From NCBI GenBank assembly GCA_965644315.1, contig CBFFRQ010000054.1, positions 374,948 to 438,947 on the forward strand: DNA of 64,000 nucleotides. Reading direction: 5' to 3'. The notes below the pieces were generated by a model. The model ran no database searches, was not told where the DNA came from, and saw only the letters and a program-made list of their open reading frames with translations. Positions 12,001 through 24,143 of the stretch are shown one piece after another. The stretch comes from Caecitellus pseudoparvulus (Eukaryota > Protista > Bigyra: Bicosoecida). How positions within the stretch are numbered: position 1 is the stretch's first letter; each line of letters starts with the position of its first letter. The position numbers were made by a program, and so were the translations under genes.

Positions 12001-15000
12001 CTTTCGACAGGATTTGCAGGAGGACGGGGCCCGAGCAGAAGAAGAAACGAGGGAACTTGTTGCGCTTCTGCTCCAAGTAGCCATCCAGGTGCTTCTGGCA
12101 GTTCTCCAGTGCGTCGTACATGCCAGGCAGCGAGGACTTGAGGACTTCGTTTGCGCAGCATGTCACTGCGACCTTCGTCTTGGAAGCGGCAGACATGATG
12201 TTCAAAAAGGCCTTGTCGGTCTTCTGGAAGCGCTTGGCGACGGCTGGCATCTGCTTCGCGATGTCACCACCCAAGAACACCACCTCCAGCGAGGACCACT
12301 GCAGCTGGACTTTCAGCCACAGCTCCAGCGTTTCGCTGGTGTCGCTGAGCTCCTTCAGCAGCAACTGAGTTGGCTCCTTGAAGGGGGTGATGTACCGGGA
12401 AGTCAGGTATTGCTGCAGCGCCATTTGGTCCTCCTCAAGCTCCTCCACGATGACAGGCACGGCGGTCATGGTTTGAACACTTGGACGAGAGGCGTACTCT
12501 TGGAAGGCAATCTCGCGTGTCGTCCATTTGGCCTGCACGACGGCAATCTTCTCCTCCAGGTCCGCCTCTTTCACCGCGCCAATGCACACCTCCTCGACTT
12601 CCTCGAAGTGGGGGACGAGAGACTGCTTCATCAAGTCTGCCAGCTTGAACTCTGGGTCGTCCACAGTCAGCTCACCTTCACAGGAGCAGATGGACTCCAG
12701 CGCCGCCCAGTGCCGCGCGATGACACACTCTTGGGCGAGCTGCGTCAGCAGTGGCAGCACAAGTTGAAAGTCTTCGATCTTGGTCTTCAATTCAAGGTAT
12801 GCCTGCCAAGACCGCAGGCGCTTCGGCATCTTCTTGCACCTGCTTGCGAACGACTCCATGTCTGCAATCATCGTGTCCACGTTGTCCTTCACGTCCGCCC
12901 ACAGGATCGTGCGGTACTCGTCCATTTGGTTCATGACGTCTTTGTACAAGCCGTACAGCTTGCCAAGCAAGGCAAGCTCCTTCTTCGTCTCATCAAGCTC
13001 GGGAAAGGGTGTGATGGGGAGTGCAAAGAGGTCCTCCCCGCCATTGTACAGCTGCCGCTTGCGCTCCATGATCTCGAACTTGTCCTCGAAGCGCCGCAGG
13101 CGGTCCATGGCCTCCAGCGGGGACACGCCTTCCACCATGGGCCCTCGCTCGATATACTCAGCTCGGAACTCCGTGACTTTCTCGGTGAACACCTTCAAGT
13201 CAATGAGCAGTTGGCGCCTGAAGTCCCTTTGCACTTGTGCGATGGAGGTGGTCACTTCGGCAGCCTTGTCCACGACACGCTTCCACGATGCCCACACGAC
13301 GCTCTTGGCGTCTCGCTCCTCTTGGGACAGCTGAATGTCATGGAGCTCCAGCAGCTTGTACATTTCCATGATTGGATCAATCTGCGCGTGGATACTCGCT
13401 TGCCTGGTGCGCACTTCCTGCAGCACCTCCATGGTGTACCGGAGGCTAGTGAGGCCTGACACTTCCCGCTCCAGCTGGGTCAACGTGGTCTTTGTGTACT
13501 CCATGATGTCGTCAAGCATGCCCTTGGCTTGCTTGTGCAGGTTGGCGGAGTACCTCTGCTTCCATGCGGCGACTTCCTCCCCCAGCTGGGCCTTCAACGT
13601 CTCCGTGCGCAAGGACAGGGCGCCGATGTTGTACATGGAGAAGATGCGGTCCACCCCCCCCTGCACAAGGGCGAACTTCCCCAGCTCCCGGGCGTAGTCA
13701 TGCATGGAAGGGTCCTTCGCCAGAAACTCTGCGTACGCTTCGTCGGCGTTCTTCTTCCACAACCACTCGAAGGCTCCGAAGTCCTCCAGGTATCGCTGCA
13801 CTTGGTACCGCGCTCCCTGGAAGCTGCCTGTCAACAACAGCACGGTGCGCACGACAGACATGTCGGATGTCAGGCGTTCAAACATGGTGGGCCACACAGC
13901 TGCCGCTTCGCAGCCCCATAGTGGCAGCAGCTTGAAGGCATTCAGGACACCCCGCGCACAGTCATTGATGACTTCCTGCACAGCCTCCACACTGGGCTCC
14001 AGGCAGACGTGCGGGATGGCGAGGTGCACCTTCACCTCGAAGAATGGCCGCTTAGCCATGAGGTAGGTCGATTCATAGCGGTGAAGCAGTCGCTCCTTGA
14101 GGGTGTTCAGTGACTTCTTCACACAGCCAAGCATGGCCGCGTACATGAACGTGCTGTAGTGCTGTCGCAAGGCGCTGAACTCTGCGGGGCTCGCAAGCTG
14201 AATGGAGCCGTCCAGCTGGTACCCTTCGATAAGTTGGACCAGATCGTGGACGGCGGTCTCCACTGTGCGGTTGATGTCCACCAGTATGGCGGCGTGGGTC
14301 TCAACGTGCGCCGCCTGGATGGAGCTGAACTCTTCCAGTGGAAGCGTGCCCGAGTCTGGGAGCTTCACCAAGCTCATGTGGGCAACCTTCTTGACGTTCG
14401 ACTCAATGCGATTCTCGACAATGTCGTTGACGCTTGTCACGAGACCCCGCAGGCGCGCTAAGCCGCTCTGCACGTGGGCTCTGAACGCGTCAATGTTCAT
14501 CGCGTTCCAGGTCATGGAGAAGAGCGCCGGGCGAAGGCGGTGCTCCATGTCATGCACGGCGGGCAGCATGACCAGCTGCAGGGCGTGGATGATCCGGCCT
14601 TTGGCAGCTGAGAAGTCACCCAGCATTTCGTGCAGAATTTGGTAGTACGCCTTGTACTTGTGCTCCTGGAGCACCACTGCCTTCGCCGCGCGAGGCACTG
14701 CAATTCCCATGCGCGCCATGCACTTGCTCTCCCTGATGAGCTGCAGCACTTCCTTGTCAAAGTTGACGTACAGCTTGCCATCTTTCGGGTGCCGAATCAG
14801 GAGCACAGCCTCCAGGCCTGCCATGGCCTTGTCAATGCTGTCCACCCAGGCTTGGTACCACAGGTACTCGAAGGCGACGAGGGTCCTGGCAACGCGGTTG
14901 TACAGCTTGACAATCTTTCGCCCCACCTTAGTAGCTAGCATTTCTCCGTGGTTCTTGAACGACTCCATAGGGCGCTGGATCCGTGCGAACAGGTGGCGTG

Positions 15001-16927
15001 CCCACATGATGTTCCCAGCAACTGGCGGCATGTTGCGCGCGCGGGGGGGGTTGTGCTTGCTTCCTTCGTAAATGTCCTGCACTCGCTCCAGTTCTGCGCC
15101 ATAGGTGTGGAAAATCCGAGTGAGTTGAGCACGCAGGTCGGCCGCCAGAATGGGCCGGTGCAGGATGCGGCACAGCTTGGAGTGCAGTTCCAGTGCCGCA
15201 TCCACGCTGCGGATTCCAGAGAACGACTCTTGAACAAAGGTCAGCATGCTGGCCTCCAGTTCGTTGATGTGCACGTTGAACTCGACAAAGTCCCTGTCGA
15301 AGCCTTGGTCGTACACGGCGAAGAAGTTGTGCCGCTTGGCTTGCATCTCCATGCACACGCGCTTGTACCTGACCTGCACCCCCTCTGTGCCTTCCAGGCC
15401 GTGCCCCAGCAGGGAGTCGAAGTCAGAGATGGTTCCAAAAAGCGCATGGAGCTTGGTAAGGCGCCGAGAGAACATGTGTGCGTGCGCGAACAGTTGGCTG
15501 GCTGGCAAGTCTGCCCACGCGCCTTCCCCACGCGATGCGTACTCGCCTGCTGTTGACTCGTACGCTGCCTCGATCATGTCGATGGACGAGAGACAGGCAG
15601 TGACTCGTTCAACAAGTAGTGCAGCATCCTTCTTCCACAGGCGCTTGCCGGTGTCCTCAGCCTGCAGGGCTTCGACGTGCTCCTGGCAAGCTTGGCAGGC
15701 CTGCCTGACGACGCTGCCCAGCAGCTGCCCGACTTGCGCGGGGTCCCGGAAGTGCCTGGAGGCAACTTGCACGGTGTGCACTGCGTGAAGAAGAGCAGGG
15801 AAGCCCTCAACAACAGTCTGGGGGTCGGCAGAGTACAGCGCGCCCAGGAACGGCTCCACGGAGCTTAGGTACCGGAAAGTGTCCCGTGCAATGTTCAGGC
15901 CCTCTGTGAGCTGCAGGTCCAGCTCCCTCCACGCCTTCACAACCGAAACCACCTCTGGTGTGTTGTGTGCTCCACCGAGGCCCTTTGCGATGGCATTCAT
16001 GGCCCCAGACACTGTGCGCGCTTTCGACGTGCGCAGCTGCTCCACGACGCTGGACAGTTGGATGACCCGGACGTGCCACCATTCCAGGATGGCCTGCGGG
16101 TGCTCAGCGTGGGAGTCAGGAACAACATCATGGTGCAGGAGGTTTTTGACTGTTGCTGTCCAGGCCTTGAGGGTGTTTGTGTACGCAGTGGCTTGCAGTC
16201 GGGACACGGGGGCTTGCTGGCCTCGGCCGACGGACAGGCGCTCGAGCAGGTCGAGAGGAATGAACTCATCGCCGGGCATTTGCAAGGAGACGATGTGCGC
16301 GGTATTCAGCGCGACGTCTTTCATTGCTTGCGAGAATTGAGCGATGCTGCTCTCAGCATCTGCGGCCACGGCAGCACTCGCCTTGCCCCAGTCAGCTTTG
16401 CTCGCAATGGCGTCGTGGAACAGCACGTCCATTTGTGCCTCCAAGCTGACAAGTGGTGCTTCCATCATCTCTCCGATCAGGAGAGTGTGGTCATTGTCCT
16501 GCTCCCGACGCGGTGGGTGGGTTGGCCCGTGCAACGGCTCCAGGCATGAACGCCACTCACCTTGTCTGCATCAACTGCTTTTGAGCCCGGAGTGTTGCGC
16601 ATGAAGTACATGACCTTGCCCCCGGCGATGGCATCCCCGCTCGCCACGAAGCGCAGTGCTGAAGGGTCCTCCGTCGGGTCCTGTACTCTCCGAGGGCGTG
16701 GGCCGCGGACAGTGAAGGCCAGGCGGCAGTGACTTCGGGCGCAGCCCGATGCAAGGTCGCACCTTTTCGCCAGCACTCAGGAGTAGGCATGCACGGCCTG
16801 TCCCACCAAGCAGGGCATCTAACTCGGCGACATGCTTCTTGCAAATGTCCTTTGCAGCTTCCTGGGAGATTTCGTACGCCTCAGCAATGCGGGAGGCACA
16901 GTGCAGGTGCCTGGCCCGAAGAGCCAT
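3038..16927 (-). CDS. DNAH5: Axonemal outer-arm dynein heavy chain gamma (DNAH5/DNAH8/ODA2 class)
   Basis: 4498-aa ORF with P-loops GPAGTGKTET, GPTGGGKS, GGSGTAKT and GVGGSGKQS, plus CFDEFNRI, DHC_N1 (PPVAGNIMWARHLF) and C-terminal HWVLRGVALLC. Two short 5' exons begin MALRARHLHCASRIAEAY at 16927, resembling the Chlamydomonas gamma-chain N-terminus. Confidence 0.95.
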
Positions 16928-17725
16928 TCTGCGTTGCTGCAGCGCAACGCCGGCGCTGGCAAGGCTGGCGCGGACACGAGGCAGACACGTAAGATGGAAA
17001 GCAATGCATAAATGTTTCGTTTAGGCGCCATAGCCTGGCGTGCTGCTTATCCATGGAAAGTGTGCGGCCCCTGCTGTTGTTTGCAGGGCGGGACGGACGT
17101 TGGCTGCCTCGGCAGCGTGCAAGCCACACTGAGAGGCCCCGCTGCATGAGGTGTGTCGAATCAAGGGATGCCCGGCTTCTCACAGCACCTGCAGCTGCCG
17201 TCACTTGCCGCCTCTGCGTCTCCCACGCAAAGGCTATCACAAAGGCCGGCTTGCTTGTGCATGCGAGCGACGCCAGGCGATGTGCTTCAATGCTCCCCAT
17301 TTCGCACAAACAAGGAAACACACAGTGCTGCGCAGGCGCATGCAGCATGCCAGCTCGGCGCGCATGGGTTTCCTGCCCCGGGCCAACGCCTCGCGCAGCG
17401 GCACAGCCAGCTCCAGGCACACCAGCGCCAACTGACGGCATCGCTGGGGCTGCAGCGTGCCCACACGCGGCTTGGGAGTGAACAGCAGGGCGATTCTCGG
17501 TACGTGATTGAATTTGAAGACTTCCCGCACTGTTGCCATGCGGCATGCTGCATGCGTTGGGAAGAGGTGCCTGGCTGAAGGCAACGGAATTTCAAAGGCT
17601 GCAGCTGGTGCAGTGCCGCTGGGCGGGAGTGCACCGCCCACCTGCCTCAGCCAGTCGTGAGCGAGGCAGCGGAAAACGAAGACACTGCTTGCTGCTCCTT
17701 GCACAGGTGCTTCTGTGCGGCATGA

Positions 17726-20700
17726 GTGCGCACTCGATCACTGCCGCCAACGTGCCAGCTGCTGTCAAGTACGTGCCTGCCCGCCGCCTCAGCCGTCGTC
17801 GCCCGCCTCGCACCTGCCTGCCGTCGCCCCCGGTGCAGGGTTTTGGAGAGTGCAGTTGCAGAGGCCCAGGGACGCGTGACGCCAGCTGTGGGCAAGCATG
17901 ACCACCACCCACGAGGAGCCGACGCGTCGCTGCCGCCGGCAGCGCCTCCCATGCAGCCCCCCATGCCGCCCCTGTCCATGTGCCTGCACCCCCTGCTCAA
18001 GGCGGCGCAGGAGGTGCGCGCGCGGGTGAGGCAGAAGAGCGAGGCCATGCGGGCTCTGCAGCAGCTGCGTAACAGCAGCGGCATGCAGGCCGTGGGGGCC
18101 GCGCTGCCGGAGCCGGTGCGGCGGAAGTGCCACTGGGACTACGTCCTGGAGGAAGGCCAGTGGCTGGCCACAGACATGCACCAGGAGCACAGGTGGCACC
18201 TGCTGGCACTGAGGCAGGTGGCTGCCGCCGCTGCTGCCGCGGCACGGCGTCGGCAGGCGCGCCTGGGCGCCAAGAAGGCCAAGGTGGCGGCTGCGGCCGC
18301 CTCCTGCAAGCCAGCACCCCTGTGGGCCTTCCCGCACCTACCCGCACCGCCCATGACCCCAGGGACGCCGACGACGGCGCAGCCGTGGCAGTGGCAGTAC
18401 CTGCCCCTCGCCGGCTTGTGCCGTGAGGCCAACGTCGTGTCACAGGTGCTGCTGGGGCCGGACAAGTACCCCCACCTGCCGCCCTCCACGCAGGAGGCGC
18501 CCCGCCTCCCGCAGCAAGTGGCCCCCCTGCGCTTCCCCGGCCAGGAGGCGCACGCCCAGTCCGCTGCTGCCACGTCCATGCTGCGCGCAGCCATGGCGTC
18601 GGTGGCCAAGTTCGTGCTGCCGCCCCCCCTGCGGGCTGCCCTGCGCCCGTACCAGCGGGTGGGCCTGCAGTGGCTCCTGGCCCACGCAGCACGGGGATGT
18701 GGCGCTGTGCTGGGGGATGAGCGAGGGCTGGGCAAGCGCGCAGTGGCTGTGGCGGCCATCGGGTGCATGGTGGTGGGCATGGCCACCCCGTCGTGCCTGC
18801 CGCCCTGCCTCGTGCCGCCGCCGCCACCCCGCGTCAAGGCCAAGGCCCAGCACGCCCTGCCAGTGCTGGTGTTGGTGCCAGACACCCTCGTCCCACACTG
18901 GCGTGCCGAGTTCCGTCGGTGGTGGCCTGCCCTGCGCGTGGGCTTGACTTCGCCGCCGCCCCGCTCCGGCGTGGATGTGCAGTTGCTGGCGGTGAGTGAG
19001 GCGGAGGCGGCGCTGCGTGAGGCCGGCAAGAAGGCAGCCTCTCCCTGGAGCATGGTGGTGGTGGACGCGACGGTGGGTGTGCCAACCGCTGCCTCGACAG
19101 CACTGCTGCACGTGGGCAGCGGGGAAGAGACACCCCTAGAGCCGTCACCAGCCACCGCACACGGGGACGGGCAGGAGCTGCCTTGGGAAGCGCTGGCCAA
19201 GCTGCCCACGTGCCACCGTCTCCTGGTGACGAACCGCCTGCTGCCGACAGAGGCGCCTCTCGTGCATCAGGTGGCTGCCTTCGTCTGCCCGCGCTCCTTC
19301 GCTGAGCACAGCCAGACGCCCCCTGAGGCTGTGCTGGAAGCCATGGCCGAGTCTGGTGTCAAGGCTAGTGCGCCCAGAGTGGCTGACGAGGGCGACGCGC
19401 CCGCGCCAGCCACGCCTGAGGCTCCCACAGAGCCTGTGGACTTGACGGGCGACGGCGCTGCAGTGCGGGATGCACTGCTGTGTTTCTTCCTGCGCCGTCA
19501 GGTGCAGGATGAGGCCATTCCGCCCCAGCTGCCGACACTGTGGTGCCGCACGCTGCTGCTGCAGCCCACGCCCGCGCAGCGCCGCGTGTACGCCTCCTTG
19601 TGTGACGTGCAGGCCGTGTCCACCGACGTGCACGCTGCCTGTGGGTTGGACCCAGACATGTCCCCGCTGCTGCGCCGCATGGCCCTGCTGCACGCCGCGG
19701 CACAGCACGCCGCAGGGCCCTCATGCCTGGCAGAGGGCGCCTCCTCCTCCCTGTGGGCCGCCCTGGACCCCACCTGCCGCCCACAGGGCCGGCACACCCC
19801 CCTGCACGGCACAGCACAGCCCCTGGCCACGTGTGCTGCGACTGCCTTGGTCGCTGCGCACCGGCCCTCCCGTTGGCTGCTGCGCCAGGGAGAGGGCGGG
19901 CTGGGCCTCCTGCAGGGCCGCAGGGCGGTGGACTTCGTGGACGGCGGCGCCGCTGGGCAAGCCTGGGGGGGGTGGGGCCTCGCAGCGGTGCTGGCTGCGC
20001 CGTGGGGTGAGCCGGCCCCCGACAACCTCGCCTTCACCAGCGAGGCCAGTGGCCGCGGCAGGGGCCGCAGCCGGCAGTCTCCTCTGCCACCTGCCGAGCC
20101 GGGTTCGGCCGCTCGTGCTGTGAACGTGCACCGACTGGCAGTGGGGCAGGGAGGGGGCGCCTTGCGGTGGGCTGCGCAGCACTCCCTGCCCCTCGCCACG
20201 CCGCTGCGCCTGACCCTGCACCGCTGCCACACCCGCGGTGTGCTGCCGTTGACTGCCACTGCGTCGGAGCGGGCAGTGGATGTGGCTGGCGTGCTGGGTG
20301 TGTTGGGGCGCGGTGGGCTGTGGGGGTGGAGCGCCCCGGCCACCAGCGTGGAGGTGCAGGTGCAGACACGGCAGGTGCAGTGCCTGCCCGCTGTGCCCGC
20401 GCCTCTGGCGTGCGGACCCCTCGCAGGGCACACGGTGCAGTGGGACTTGCTGCCCCACGCCGTGCCCACTGCGTGGGTCCCTGGCAAGGGCAAGGCTGCC
20501 CCGCCCACGGCTGACACCATCACGTCGCCACGCGGCACGGTGTCGCCCTCCCCCAGCCCTGCCTTGCGCCCGCCGTCTTCCCTGGCCACCTGGACGGCAG
20601 GCAGCGCCAAGTTCCGAGTCCTGCACCAGCTGCTGCACGAAGCGGTGTCCCTCGGCGTGCGGCTGCTGGCAGTGGCGTCCAGCCACTGGATGGCCGACGC

Positions 20701-23700
20701 AGCGGCCGCCTTTGCCAATGCGGCGGGGTTCCCAGCGCTGCGCCTGGACACCGCCCCCTCCCCGCCCGGCGTCATGGGCGCCGAGCAAGTGGAGCGCTTC
20801 AACTGTGACGCACGGTGGGCGCTGGCCGTCACCACCGTCGCGCCGGTGCTGGGCATGGGTCCCGAGGGGGCTGCCTGGTCGGGCAAGGCCGTGCTGGGGG
20901 CTGGCGCCGCCCGTGGGGACGTCGGGAACGCCGCCCCCCTGCCTTACACTGCGGGTGCAGCCGTCGTGCTGGACGCCGCCCCCACGCCTGCCTGTGGCGA
21001 GGCACTGCGTGGGCTGCTGCAGCGCCTCTCTGCTGCGGGCGTGTCCCAGGTCGTGCAGCTGGCGACAGCTGGCACGCTGGAGGAGGGTTCCCTGCGCCTG
21101 GCGTCAGGGGGCGGCTCGGCTGCCGTGACAGCGGCAGCGCGGGCCCTGGGGTGGACCAGCGAGGAGGGGGACGACGCGCCGGACTACCCCTGCGACCCGG
21201 CCAGCGTGGGTGGGGCGCATGCCCGCCTGCCCCCAGACGCCGAGGTGCAGGGGCTGCTGCCGTGGCAGTCCCACGTGCGCAGCAAGGCCATGCACGGCAC
21301 GTCGGCGGTGTGGGCTGGCACCAACACCAGTGCCGGCGGCATGGTGCCGCCGGCTGTGCTGGCCGGGGACCACCCCCGCAATGTGGGCGTGGGACCACCC
21401 TCCCTCCTGCACCGCCCCGCCGAGGCAGACGCGCTGGCGTCGTCTCTCCTCAGCATGACCCGCGGCCTGCCGCTGCAAGCCCTGCGGGAAGCCCAAGTGC
21501 ACGCGCTGCTGGCGGGGTGGGTCCTGCGCCCCGCCGCCTCCCAGCCCCTCGTGGACATCTCTCGCGTCTCCCCGGGCCAGTACGAGGCGGCGCTGGCCAC
21601 GGCTCGCCGCCCCGCCCCCGCCCTGGCCTGCACCCACCTCCCCGCCACGCTCTCCCTGCCTGCCCTGGCTGCCAGCATGCGGGAGCAAGTGGGCAGCATA
21701 CCACCCCCCACCGCGGACAAGGCCCCCCTGGCTCACCTGTGGCCGGCCGCTGCCTCCCTCATGCGCACGCACCCCGCCCACCTGCCCTCCTGGCAGGCTA
21801 AGGTCACCAAGCGGGCACGCCTGGCGCCAGCCCACGCCCCCAGCGCCGGCAAGCACCTGTGGTACGACGTACCGCGTGTGGTGGGCGGCAGCGGCGCCCT
21901 GGCTCGGGGGCCCATGCGGTGGTTGGCGGGGCTGGTGGAGGAGCTGTCCCGCCACCAGGACGCAGGGCTGCTGCACACCTCCCACGTGTACGCGCCGCCC
22001 CACCCCGAGCAGCGGTCCCTGTACAGCAGTGTCAGCGTGCTGGGCGACAGCGCTGCCGCGGCTGGCTTGCGCAACCTGCTGCACCAGCTGGAGCAGAGCG
22101 CCATGGGGCTGTACCTGCACCCGCTGCATGTGCGCGCAGAGCAGCGCTTCTACGGCCCCGCCGCGGCGGTGGGGGCAGGGGGCGGGACCGGCGCCGCACA
22201 CAGCGTCGCCGCCCTCACCAGCGGCACGTACACCAGCCAGAGCTTCTACGCACACCAGGTGCCACAGCGGCCTCGGCCGGGGGCGGGTGCACCCCCCAAC
22301 AAGTACGGCGCAGGAGACGGCGCGCTGTTCGACCGCCCCAGCCACAGCTACGGCTGGAGCTCCTGTGCCGCCACCAGCCTGCGGTGGGACGAGGAGGCGC
22401 CCAGCACCCTCACGGACAAGCCAGTCGCACCGGGGTGCCAGCAGCCCTCCCTGCTGCACCTGCGCTTCGGCGGCTCCGCAGGCAGCGCCAGCCTGACTGA
22501 CGTGGCGCTGGAGATCAAGCGCCTGGCGTCCATGCGCACAGCCCTGCCTCGCGTCACGGCCAGCGTGCAGCAGGCAGGAGGGTGGATGCTGGATGGAGGG
22601 GAGGAGGAGGGCGGGTGCCCCCCCCCTGCCAAGGTGCCTCGAGGGGGCGTCCTGCCGCCCCTCGAGGCGACAGTCGGCGGCCTGCCCACCCGCACCCCGG
22701 CTGCCGTCGTGCCACGCCCTCGTAAGCGCCGCCTGGCGCCGCCCTCCGCCGTCGGGGTGGACTCCTGGGCTGACATGCAGCTGGGCGCGTCCCCGCCCAA
22801 GGTGCAGGCCGTGGCGGTGCGCGCCCCCCCCAACGCAGCAGCTGCAGGCGCTGCCACCAGGGCAGACGCCTTGGTGGCGGCGCCCCTGCGCAAGCGTATG
22901 GTGCGGGGCAGCCTGGGCATCGACACGCGCGCTGGCGGCGTGACGCCCCTGCCTGCCTCCTCCCGCTCCGACTGGGCGCAGTGGGAGGACGCGCTGCTGC
23001 TGCAGGTGGTGCGGGAGTTCGGCTCCAACTGGGACCTGGTGCGGGGCGTCATGGCGGAGCACCCTGCGGCAGTGGCCCACGGCGGTCGGGCAGCTCGGGC
23101 CCCCCGCCTGCTGTACGAGCGCCACCGCCGGCTGACCATGGGCGCCGTGGCAGCGGGGCGCAGCCTGGCCATCGCCAAGCGCGCCAAGAGCCTCAGCGGC
23201 AGCCTGGGCACGGCGTACGCGCAGTACGGCGGGGATGTGTCCAGCCTGGGCCGCGCGCAGTTGCTGTGGGGGGGCAAGCAGCTGGGGCTGTGGCCCCGCC
23301 GCCCCGGCTTTGCCCTGGCCCGCACGGTGGCCGACCACGGCTCCGCCCTCGCCACGGCCATGCGGGAGGAGAAGCAGATCCCCAGCGTCGTGTCTCGGGA
23401 CGCCACCGACGCCACGCGACAGGCACACGCGTCCCACGAAGCCAGCGTCGCCGCCGCCGCCCTGCGCCCCGAGGGGGCCGACGCCGCCGCCCCCACCGGC
23501 ATCGCGGACGCCTTCTTCAAGGCTGGCGCCGCCTCCCTGCACGGCCGTCTGCGCGTGGAGCCGTTCCGGGAGTCCAGTCCCTACGTCCTGCAGCACGCCG
23601 AGGCGCAGCGCACAAGCGGCGCTGCCGGGGCGAGCGGGGCGGCGTATGCCCCACCCGCCCCTCAGGCCCAGCAGACCTCGGCAGGGCCGCCTGTCACGGG

Positions 23701-24067
23701 CACCACGACCTCGCGCCGCCTGAAGCTGCGCACGGCTGGCGCAGAGGCCCAAGCGCCTGCCCCTGCCTCTGCGCCGCCCCCAGCAGCCACTGTGCCGCCG
23801 CCACCCGTGGCAGCGCCCCCCCCCGCTGTGCAGCCGCCAGTGCACCCCACCCCTGCCGCGCCCGTGGCGGGTGCCGCCCCCATGGCAGGCATGGCAGCTA
23901 TGCTGGGAGGCGGCGGCTCTGCAGACCAGTCCTGGCTCAACGAGGTGGCGCAGCGCCCCGAGGTGCGCCAGGAGATCAACCGCATCCTGTCCTCGGACGA
24001 CGGCGACCCCAACGCCAAGGTCACCGCCATCGCCGACTTGCTGCGGCGGTACCAGCGCGAGACGTGA
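17726..24067 (+). CDS. EP400/SWR1/EAF1-like chromatin protein: HSA + degenerate split SNF2 ATPase + SANT/Myb
   Basis: HSA KCHWDYVLEEGQWLATDMHQEHRW; Q motif LRPYQRVGLQWL; Walker A-like LGDERGLGKR; HELICc-like GSAKFRVLHQLL...VERFN; SANT DWAQWEDALLLQVVREFGSNWDLV. True start is uncertain (first ATG ~17951). Confidence 0.8.
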   Translation: MRTRSLPPTCQLLSSTCLPAASAVVARLAPACRRPRCRVLESAVAEAQGRVTPAVGKHDHHPRGADASLPPAAPPMQPPMPPLSMCLHPLLKAAQEVRARVRQKSEAMRALQQLRNSSGMQAVGAALPEPVRRKCHWDYVLEEGQWLATDMHQEHRWHLLALRQVAAAAAAAARRRQARLGAKKAKVAAAAASCKPAPLWAFPHLPAPPMTPGTPTTAQPWQWQYLPLAGLCREANVVSQVLLGPDKYPHLPPSTQEAPRLPQQVAPLRFPGQEAHAQSAAATSMLRAAMASVAKFVLPPPLRAALRPYQRVGLQWLLAHAARGCGAVLGDERGLGKRAVAVAAIGCMVVGMATPSCLPPCLVPPPPPRVKAKAQHALPVLVLVPDTLVPHWRAEFRRWWPALRVGLTSPPPRSGVDVQLLAVSEAEAALREAGKKAASPWSMVVVDATVGVPTAASTALLHVGSGEETPLEPSPATAHGDGQELPWEALAKLPTCHRLLVTNRLLPTEAPLVHQVAAFVCPRSFAEHSQTPPEAVLEAMAESGVKASAPRVADEGDAPAPATPEAPTEPVDLTGDGAAVRDALLCFFLRRQVQDEAIPPQLPTLWCRTLLLQPTPAQRRVYASLCDVQAVSTDVHAACGLDPDMSPLLRRMALLHAAAQHAAGPSCLAEGASSSLWAALDPTCRPQGRHTPLHGTAQPLATCAATALVAAHRPSRWLLRQGEGGLGLLQGRRAVDFVDGGAAGQAWGGWGLAAVLAAPWGEPAPDNLAFTSEASGRGRGRSRQSPLPPAEPGSAARAVNVHRLAVGQGGGALRWAAQHSLPLATPLRLTLHRCHTRGVLPLTATASERAVDVAGVLGVLGRGGLWGWSAPATSVEVQVQTRQVQCLPAVPAPLACGPLAGHTVQWDLLPHAVPTAWVPGKGKAAPPTADTITSPRGTVSPSPSPALRPPSSLATWTAGSAKFRVLHQLLHEAVSLGVRLLAVASSHWMADAAAAFANAAGFPALRLDTAPSPPGVMGAEQVERFNCDARWALAVTTVAPVLGMGPEGAAWSGKAVLGAGAARGDVGNAAPLPYTAGAAVVLDAAPTPACGEALRGLLQRLSAAGVSQVVQLATAGTLEEGSLRLASGGGSAAVTAAARALGWTSEEGDDAPDYPCDPASVGGAHARLPPDAEVQGLLPWQSHVRSKAMHGTSAVWAGTNTSAGGMVPPAVLAGDHPRNVGVGPPSLLHRPAEADALASSLLSMTRGLPLQALREAQVHALLAGWVLRPAASQPLVDISRVSPGQYEAALATARRPAPALACTHLPATLSLPALAASMREQVGSIPPPTADKAPLAHLWPAAASLMRTHPAHLPSWQAKVTKRARLAPAHAPSAGKHLWYDVPRVVGGSGALARGPMRWLAGLVEELSRHQDAGLLHTSHVYAPPHPEQRSLYSSVSVLGDSAAAAGLRNLLHQLEQSAMGLYLHPLHVRAEQRFYGPAAAVGAGGGTGAAHSVAALTSGTYTSQSFYAHQVPQRPRPGAGAPPNKYGAGDGALFDRPSHSYGWSSCAATSLRWDEEAPSTLTDKPVAPGCQQPSLLHLRFGGSAGSASLTDVALEIKRLASMRTALPRVTASVQQAGGWMLDGGEEEGGCPPPAKVPRGGVLPPLEATVGGLPTRTPAAVVPRPRKRRLAPPSAVGVDSWADMQLGASPPKVQAVAVRAPPNAAAAGAATRADALVAAPLRKRMVRGSLGIDTRAGGVTPLPASSRSDWAQWEDALLLQVVREFGSNWDLVRGVMAEHPAAVAHGGRAARAPRLLYERHRRLTMGAVAAGRSLAIAKRAKSLSGSLGTAYAQYGGDVSSLGRAQLLWGGKQLGLWPRRPGFALARTVADHGSALATAMREEKQIPSVVSRDATDATRQAHASHEASVAAAALRPEGADAAAPTGIADAFFKAGAASLHGRLRVEPFRESSPYVLQHAEAQRTSGAAGASGAAYAPPAPQAQQTSAGPPVTGTTTSRRLKLRTAGAEAQAPAPASAPPPAATVPPPPVAAPPPAVQPPVHPTPAAPVAGAAPMAGMAAMLGGGGSADQSWLNEVAQRPEVRQEINRILSSDDGDPNAKVTAIADLLRRYQRET

Positions 24068-24143
24068 CGCAGTGCCAGCGCGCTGGGCACGTCCCACCCC
24101 CTCACAATGCATTGCTAGCGCAGGCGCTGACCGTGTGCCACGC

